Source of the DNA: a virus
Direction: 5' to 3' (one strand)
DNA length: 64,000 bases
IMG/VR virus record: IMGVR_UViG_3300028599_000003
The notes beneath the pieces were generated by a model, which was not told the origin of the DNA, did not search any database, and worked only from the letters and a program-made list of their open reading frames with translations. The position numbers and the translations under genes are program-made. Positions 58,246 to 64,000 of this stretch are shown here, one piece after another; positions within the stretch are counted from its first letter, which is position 1; every line of letters begins with the position of its first letter.

Positions 58246-58920
58246 TTAAGTTCTTGCTATGTTACGTTTGTTATCTGAATCTTCAGATGGTATTTGTAAT
58301 GTACCTGACATAGTAGCAATAACTTGGCTTTCTATTTCTGCAAACAATGCTTCTGGTATGTAAATTTCTTGCTCATATCTAGGGGTGCAATCATTTTCTG
58401 TATCACAATCCCATTTAGTTATATCTGAGTCAAATACACCTTCTACTTTAATTGCATCCCATGCAATGTTTGGACAGTAGATGTAACCATCTAACCACCA
58501 AAAATATAATGTTTTGTTATATCTAAAAGAAGTACTTTTTGTTAATGATGTATATGTACCAGGTTGGGTTCCTTGCAGCTCTTGTGAACCATCTATTGAA
58601 CTAATGGTACGTATTAATGGACCCCAGTAACCTTCAAACATTGAAGGTAATCTATGTTTTGAACGTTTTATTGTACAACCACTTTGTATTCCAGCACAAT
58701 GAGCTTCAACTTTATCTACTTCAATTAATTCTACATATGGTAATGTTTTCCATACTGAATTAAATTTTAATAATTTATTTGCATAATCTTGCCTTCTCAT
58801 TAAAAACTGAGCATACTTTTCAATTAAGCTATAGATATATCTATCAGTGACAAAAGCATCTTGAACTCCTGCTTTTACTTGGCCTCTAATTCTTGATACT
58901 ACGTCTGCTATTGTTGCCAT
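58246..58920 (-). CDS. tail ring / adaptor protein (224 aa)
   Basis: Synteny plus LYFWWLDGYIY...VEGVF pattern. Confidence 0.55.
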   Translation of the reverse strand: MATIADVVSRIRGQVKAGVQDAFVTDRYIYSLIEKYAQFLMRRQDYANKLLKFNSVWKTLPYVELIEVDKVEAHCAGIQSGCTIKRSKHRLPSMFEGYWGPLIRTISSIDGSQELQGTQPGTYTSLTKSTSFRYNKTLYFWWLDGYIYCPNIAWDAIKVEGVFDSDITKWDCDTENDCTPRYEQEIYIPEALFAEIESQVIATMSGTLQIPSEDSDNKRNIART

Positions 58921-58925
58921 GTTTT

Positions 58926-59492
58926 TTATTTTTCAAATTCATTATAATACTTTAATGCTTTAATGGTTTCTTCAGGGTTTTCATCATAAAGATGAGCCAC
59001 CTTGTATTTATTTTTCATTACTACATATTTGGTCCAATTGATGGGGTAAGTTTTTGCAACAGTTCTTTTAAAATCTCTGCATGCTACAAATCTCCACAAC
59101 TCCCTATTTTTAAATCTATATTTAGTTGAGTAATTTGTATAAAATATTTTACCTAAATTTCCATCTGTTTCCCAGTTTTTATTTTGTAAGACTTTACCAT
59201 ACTGATTTGAAAGAGCATAATTAGTATTCACTGATTTTGATGAAGGACATGTACCAATAAATAGATACCCTAATGAATCAGGCAACTCTACACCATCTCT
59301 ATTCTCTACTACAGCATTCCAAAGTCTAACATTATATATATTTATTATCTTTTTTAATTTAACGTTATCTATGTCAGAGTATAAAGGTTTCTTGTCTTTA
59401 AACTCTTTGATTGTTTCTTCATTTAATAACCCCATTCTTTTCTCTCTATATCTAGGAGCTTTCAAATCAGGTTTTTTGAAATTGTTGATCAT
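58926..59492 (-). CDS. HU/IHF-like DNA-binding protein (188 aa)
   Basis: Helix followed by VELPDSLGYLFIG (HU-type V.L..FG.F); basic; crAss-like gene order. Confidence 0.6.
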   Translation of the reverse strand: MINNFKKPDLKAPRYREKRMGLLNEETIKEFKDKKPLYSDIDNVKLKKIINIYNVRLWNAVVENRDGVELPDSLGYLFIGTCPSSKSVNTNYALSNQYGKVLQNKNWETDGNLGKIFYTNYSTKYRFKNRELWRFVACRDFKRTVAKTYPINWTKYVVMKNKYKVAHLYDENPEETIKALKYYNEFEK

Positions 59493-59505
59493 ACAGTTAT
59501 ATTTA

Positions 59506-59516
59506 TAATTTACAAA
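59506..59516 (-). promoter_or_regulatory. variant upstream motif TTTGTAAATTA
   Basis: One mismatch to TTTGTATATTA, 14 nt upstream of ATG 59492, overlapping the upstream terminator tail. Confidence 0.5.
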
Positions 59517-59549
59517 AAAAACCCCACTTAAAGAAATTTAATGTGAGGT
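59514..59549 (-). terminator. intrinsic terminator
   Basis: ACCTCAC...GTGGGGT followed by a long T run on the - strand. Confidence 0.6.
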
Positions 59550-59551
59550 CT

Positions 59552-60775
59552 TTACAATGCTTGATAAGTTAATTCACATATATTACCCATTGTAGGGTGT
59601 TGTATTTCTAGTTTACCTGAACGTCTATTGCCTACATATTTGTTACTATAATGATAGTAATCTGTTTTACCCAGGCTAGGTAACGTCTTTTCTATAAAAC
59701 CTGCTGTTTCATTTGATGTCATATATTCAACCTTTCTGTCTGTATGTATATGACCTTTAAATAATGTTCTGTTTGTTGTGTCACCCCAAGCTTTTGGATA
59801 CTCTGATGCATATATTAAAGGATTATTCTTGCTACGCTTATCCCCATGTTCAAATGCATTAAAGTTATTATGCCATACATGAACCTTTCTTTCTTCATAT
59901 TTTACATCCCATGTTATCTTATCACAGTCTATTGATCTTGAGAGAGCATGAGCTAAATGATAAGAAGAAAGTCTATCATGATTTCCCGGAACATATACTA
60001 CTACTAATTTGTCACAAAAAGATTTAATATATGTTACAGCCCAATGCATTGCATCAAATGCTTGTACATAAGCCTCTGTAGCGCTCATACAGTTGTCTAA
60101 AAGTGTTCCGCTTGTAGTTGTGCCCTGGAAGGTATCCATGTTGATTAAATCACCTCCTACAACAAAGTACATAGTTTCTATGTGATGTATAGCATTTGCT
60201 CTACTAACTAAGTTCTTAACTGTATCTTCAAAATCTTTATCTATGGTATCATTACCTTCTTTGCCAAAATGAATATCTTGTAGAGATATTACTGCACAAT
60301 GTGGATCATCAGTAAATTTATTTTTATAAGGTATATTTGATATTTTGTATTTTTTGGGAGTCCAGTTTTTTAGTAAGTCTTCAAATAGTTTTTCTTCTGG
60401 ATTTTTTATTTGTGATACTAATGCTGAAACTCTCCAGTGATCACCCATTTGTTTATTCCAATACTGAGACAATTTCCATTTATCAGTGTCTATCTTTAGT
60501 AAGATTATTATTTCTTCTGCACTTTTAGGCTCATGATCAAAAGTTCCAGATAACTTCCCAGTTCCATTTTCTAAATCAATTGCTTCTGCAATTTGTGCAT
60601 TGTCTGCAGCTTTACTAAAAAATATAGATTTCTTTCTTTTGTTTTTTCTTTCTGCTAATAATTCTTTTTTTACTTTCTTATATTGCTTTTCTGTAATGTT
60701 CAGTTTTTCAGCACAATAAGATGGGTGCTTTTTCCATTTTAAACTGTCAAGAACTTTTTGCTTTATATTATCCAT
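59552..60775 (-). CDS. calcineurin-like metallophosphoesterase with basic N-terminal domain (407 aa)
   Basis: DIHFG, GGDLIN, PGNHD, EHGD, GHIH motifs. Confidence 0.85.
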   Translation of the reverse strand: MDNIKQKVLDSLKWKKHPSYCAEKLNITEKQYKKVKKELLAERKNKRKKSIFFSKAADNAQIAEAIDLENGTGKLSGTFDHEPKSAEEIIILLKIDTDKWKLSQYWNKQMGDHWRVSALVSQIKNPEEKLFEDLLKNWTPKKYKISNIPYKNKFTDDPHCAVISLQDIHFGKEGNDTIDKDFEDTVKNLVSRANAIHHIETMYFVVGGDLINMDTFQGTTTSGTLLDNCMSATEAYVQAFDAMHWAVTYIKSFCDKLVVVYVPGNHDRLSSYHLAHALSRSIDCDKITWDVKYEERKVHVWHNNFNAFEHGDKRSKNNPLIYASEYPKAWGDTTNRTLFKGHIHTDRKVEYMTSNETAGFIEKTLPSLGKTDYYHYSNKYVGNRRSGKLEIQHPTMGNICELTYQAL

Positions 60776-60800
60776 AAGTTAAATAATTTGATTTTTTTAT

Positions 60801-60810
60801 TGTAAAGATA
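60801..60810 (-). promoter_or_regulatory. Bacteroidota -7-like element TATCTTTACA
   Basis: Near-consensus TAnnTTTG, 26 nt upstream of ATG 60775. Confidence 0.4.
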
Positions 60811-60812
60811 AG

Positions 60813-60845
60813 AAAAAAAAAGAGACTGGAATATATCCAGCCTCT
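60813..60845 (-). terminator. intrinsic terminator
   Basis: AGAGGCTGGA-tatat-TCCAGTCTCT followed by a T run. Confidence 0.8.
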
Positions 60846-60893
60846 TCCAACGTTTGTAGTAGAAAACCAACAAACCACCACGTGTTGTTTTTT

Positions 60894-61454
60894 TTATGCT
60901 GACAGAGTTGAAATAAGTATTTCAATTGGTTTACATCCTGTGTTACCAGCATCTACAACTTTAACTTTATATGCTGTACTAGCAGTTAAATTTGTTATAG
61001 TAAAGTTATTTACTGTAGGTACAATAGGTCCTAGTGGATTAGCTAATGTCCATCCTACAGGTGATATTTGTTCATCAACATATACATTTAAACCTGTGCT
61101 GTTACTCCATATTCCATCCCATATAACTGAAATAGTACTACCTGTTACTGCACCTGCATAAACATTATATGGATCATGTTGTACATCATTTGAAGTACAT
61201 GTCCCAAGGCCGTTAGATAATATCATAGAAAACTTTTGTATAATAGAATCTAATCTTTCACCAGAAGTTATAACTATTCTACTACCAGGATCACCTATTT
61301 GAAAAGATGTTCCACAATAGCTTACACATGAAGCACACTGCACATCATCACACCTTTCACTACCTGTACTACAATCAGTATAGGTACATGCATTAGTTAT
61401 TGCTGTGTCAGCACAACTACATTTTTGACTACATTTTGTACAATTACATGCCAT
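60894..61454 (-). CDS. Cys-rich + FN3-like structural protein (186 aa)
   Basis: 11 Cys in the first 47 aa; ISVIWD...FTITNLTASTAYKVKV FN3 pattern. Confidence 0.7.
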   Translation of the reverse strand: MACNCTKCSQKCSCADTAITNACTYTDCSTGSERCDDVQCASCVSYCGTSFQIGDPGSRIVITSGERLDSIIQKFSMILSNGLGTCTSNDVQHDPYNVYAGAVTGSTISVIWDGIWSNSTGLNVYVDEQISPVGWTLANPLGPIVPTVNNFTITNLTASTAYKVKVVDAGNTGCKPIEILISTLSA

Positions 61455-61480
61455 TGTTTATTTTTTTATTTTTATTTATT

Positions 61481-63715
61481 TTAGGTTAATGGAGTACTGC
61501 CTCCACAACCAGATATTATTAAACTAGATATTGTACTTGGATCAGTGCTCGTAGTATACGTAGCTCCTGTTCCAGTTGCAAGCTCTCTCCAAGGATATAC
61601 TGCTGGACTTATTGTTCCACCATTATCCCAATCCATATTAACACCTGCTCCCATACAGAATACTTTAATTCCATTATTATTACATGTTGTTATCAATGAC
61701 AGGATTCTAGAGTATGTTGTCATATTCATTATATCTTCATCTCCTCCCGGTAAATTATCTGTAATTAGTATAACATATTTTGCAACATTGTTTCTAAATG
61801 CTCCATTAAATGCAGCACCTCCAACTACTTGTTGTAGTGCTAAATCCATTGGTTCAGCTCCACCTGCTCCTGATCCCATGTTAACACAAGTACCATCTAC
61901 ACCTCCAGCTAATTTATTTAGCTGAGTTGTAAATGCAGTTCCGTTATCATTGGCAAACATTTCCCAAGCAGTATATATTAAATTAGTTCCGGCAGAACCA
62001 GCAACAACTAATCTTTGTGTTGTTGGAAGAACTGTGTAATCAGCACAAGTACCATAATTTGGATCTCCACTAGTTTCATCTACAGTAGTTAAACCTATTC
62101 TATAATTATTTGATCCTGATGAAGAATCTATTGTACTTACTAAATTAGCCGCTCCTGATTGTATTGTTTGAATTTGAGATGTCATACTACTTGTATAATC
62201 TACTAAGAATACTACATCCATACCTTGACTACATGGTGCATCTGCTGTGAGTGTTTCAATTGCTATATTTGGACAAACATTTGACCCTCCACTTATAGAT
62301 ACCGTTAATCTAATATTATATACTGTTTGTGGTATTAAACCTGAAAATGATCCTGTTACGCTAGATCCTGGGTTGTTTATAGTATCTGTAGCTACAACTG
62401 TACCAGAAGAATTAATTACTTCTATAAGGTATGTTGCTGTAGTTCCTAATAAATTATTAAATTGGAAATTAAAAGAATTCTGTGTTATACTACTTATAGT
62501 CATAGATGGACAAGGAATAATTCCTGTTATTAAACTAGATTGCGTTTCAACACATGTATCATTTCCATCTGTAACACTAAACTCAACTGTTGCAGTTAGA
62601 TCTGTAGCAGTATCTAATGATGCTACATTTACACTTATACCTGTAGAATTATTCTGTAATGATGATACACTAACAATTTGCTGAGTTGAAACACCTTTAG
62701 AATCAACTATTGTGATTTTACTAAAACCTGCACTATCATTAAATGTACTAGGTATAGATGAGTTTATAAAGTTAAATACTACGTCTGTTATTAAACCTGT
62801 ACCACCACTGATAGTATTTGCAGTAGTATATGAGAATATAATTCCATCACATCCTCCAGGACAACAATTTGTTTGAATGCTTGTAATAGCTGAATACATA
62901 TCATCAATCACAACCCATGCGTTTTGCATAGACTGAGCTAATGTAGAAGCTGAATTATTCCATCCAACTATACCACTATATGATGCATCACTATTTGATA
63001 ACTGAGTATATGAACCTGTTATTGCAGATTGTGAAATTGCAGAATTTATAGCAGATGGAAATCCAACTGCATTTCTTAATTCACAAAACGCACTTTCTAA
63101 TGCTAGTACAACTACTGAAACATTAGTTAAAACCCCTACATTACTTATACATGTAGGTACAATTTGAGCTTCTACAACAGCACCACTACAAGGTAATACA
63201 CAAGCTTCTAGTACATCTATTCTTGTATTTAAACTTGTTAATGTTGAATTGATTGTATTAATACTTGCTAAATTAGTACATACTTGATTTGCTATAAGTG
63301 TAGCAAATTGATCTAATGGAAGTTGAGTTACTGGATTACCGCTTGCATCATTATACTGCATACATGCAGGTAATGTCATTATAGGAAGAGAAGCAGTAGA
63401 TTTATCATTTCCACTACCACTATCTGCATTTAAACATATTTGATTAACCATTGCCTGTAAAACAGGAACAAGTTGAGTAGGCGTAGCACCTCTAACATTT
63501 AAACAAGTAATATCTAACCCAGTAAGATTAGGGTTCATATCTACACCACTTTCTAAAAGGTCACAAACCTTAGTTGCAAGTTTAAATACAACTTCACTAA
63601 TAGAGTCACCATTACATAGGTCTATACAAGAAATATCTGGCCCTTGCCATATTACACAATTAGAAGATATATTATCACATCCATTTGTGGTGCCGCTTGA
63701 GTTCGTTGGGATCAT
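61481..63715 (-). CDS. Cys-rich/coiled-coil + FN3 + vWA structural protein (744 aa)
   Basis: CDNISSNCVIWQG module; FSGLIPQTVYNIRL (FN3); DVVFLVDYTSSM...RIGL...YVILITD (vWA). Confidence 0.8.
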   Translation of the reverse strand: MIPTNSSGTTNGCDNISSNCVIWQGPDISCIDLCNGDSISEVVFKLATKVCDLLESGVDMNPNLTGLDITCLNVRGATPTQLVPVLQAMVNQICLNADSGSGNDKSTASLPIMTLPACMQYNDASGNPVTQLPLDQFATLIANQVCTNLASINTINSTLTSLNTRIDVLEACVLPCSGAVVEAQIVPTCISNVGVLTNVSVVVLALESAFCELRNAVGFPSAINSAISQSAITGSYTQLSNSDASYSGIVGWNNSASTLAQSMQNAWVVIDDMYSAITSIQTNCCPGGCDGIIFSYTTANTISGGTGLITDVVFNFINSSIPSTFNDSAGFSKITIVDSKGVSTQQIVSVSSLQNNSTGISVNVASLDTATDLTATVEFSVTDGNDTCVETQSSLITGIIPCPSMTISSITQNSFNFQFNNLLGTTATYLIEVINSSGTVVATDTINNPGSSVTGSFSGLIPQTVYNIRLTVSISGGSNVCPNIAIETLTADAPCSQGMDVVFLVDYTSSMTSQIQTIQSGAANLVSTIDSSSGSNNYRIGLTTVDETSGDPNYGTCADYTVLPTTQRLVVAGSAGTNLIYTAWEMFANDNGTAFTTQLNKLAGGVDGTCVNMGSGAGGAEPMDLALQQVVGGAAFNGAFRNNVAKYVILITDNLPGGDEDIMNMTTYSRILSLITTCNNNGIKVFCMGAGVNMDWDNGGTISPAVYPWRELATGTGATYTTSTDPSTISSLIISGCGGSTPLT

Positions 63716-63766
63716 AAATGTTTTATTTTACTATAATGTACTGCGTTGTTGTAAACTATACATTTA

Positions 63767-63777
63767 TAATATACAAA
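63767..63777 (-). promoter_or_regulatory. recurring upstream motif TTTGTATATTA
   Basis: Exact copy 52 nt upstream of ATG 63715. Confidence 0.55.
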
Positions 63778-63824
63778 ATTTTTTAAAACCAAACAAGTTA
63801 ATGCTAGTTTTAAAAAATTTTGTA
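63772..63824. repeat. perfect 18-bp inverted repeat with 17-nt spacer
   Basis: TACAAAATTTTTTAAAAC (63772-63789) / GTTTTAAAAAATTTTGTA (63807-63824). Confidence 0.8.
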
Positions 63825-63844
63825 AACAGTTATGAGAATAAAAT

Positions 63845-64000
63845 TTAAGCTTTTTCTAAAGGGGTGTCTTCTTTCTCAATATCAGATATAGTACCATCTT
63901 CAAGGCTAATATTAACTGAACCATATTTTGTCTCTAATGATTCACTTACAGTTTTCCATTCAGCTTGCAGTTCTGAATGTTTAGATACTAATTGATTCTT
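63845..64000 (-). CDS. small coiled-coil phage protein, 5'-truncated by the window edge
   Basis: Hand translation: KNQLVSKHSELQAEWKTVSESLETKYGSVNISLEDGTISDIEKEDTPLEKA*. Confidence 0.65.
   Translation of the reverse strand, partial: KNQLVSKHSELQAEWKTVSESLETKYGSVNISLEDGTISDIEKEDTPLEKA

Noticed and set aside
6531-60871. Shared 11-mer AGAAAACCAAC at 6531 and 60861
   Set aside because: A/C-rich low-complexity word in opposite orientation relative to local transcription; only two copies.
51182-63715. Eukaryotic origin suggested by Cys-rich, FN3 and vWA modules
   Set aside because: No introns, phage-type operon packing, Bacteroidota-like promoters and crAss-like synteny.

Overview
AT-rich, densely coding 64-kb segment of a large tailed dsDNA phage related to the crAss-like phages (Crassvirales or a close relative), most likely infecting a Flavobacteriia/Bacteroidota host. 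No tRNA, rRNA, CRISPR array or mobile element was seen, and the standard genetic code fits. The + strand blocks carry a PD-(D/E)XK nuclease, family B DNA polymerase, GroEL, MazG-like and DUF5664-like nucleotide hydrolases, a DUF932-like protein and an RNR pair with class Id signatures. The - strand blocks carry fibres, two holins, small basic proteins and a crAss-type tail/cargo module: IHF-like protein, two ring proteins, a muzzle, three modular cargo proteins and three giant ejection proteins, including a 4616-aa DFDID-type virion RNA polymerase. Most notable: (1) a short [AMY]-x-x-G(G) / P-K-A-Q-x-G motif marks domain boundaries in the cargo proteins and recurs in tiny basic proteins, suggesting a diglycine-type processing or packaging system; (2) a 1766-aa multi-enzyme cell-wall protein; (3) vWA domains grafted into tail proteins; (4) near-absence of CGA/TCG trinucleotides; (5) a recurring TTTGTATATTA upstream motif. 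Family assignments come from motifs recognised by eye, not from database searches.
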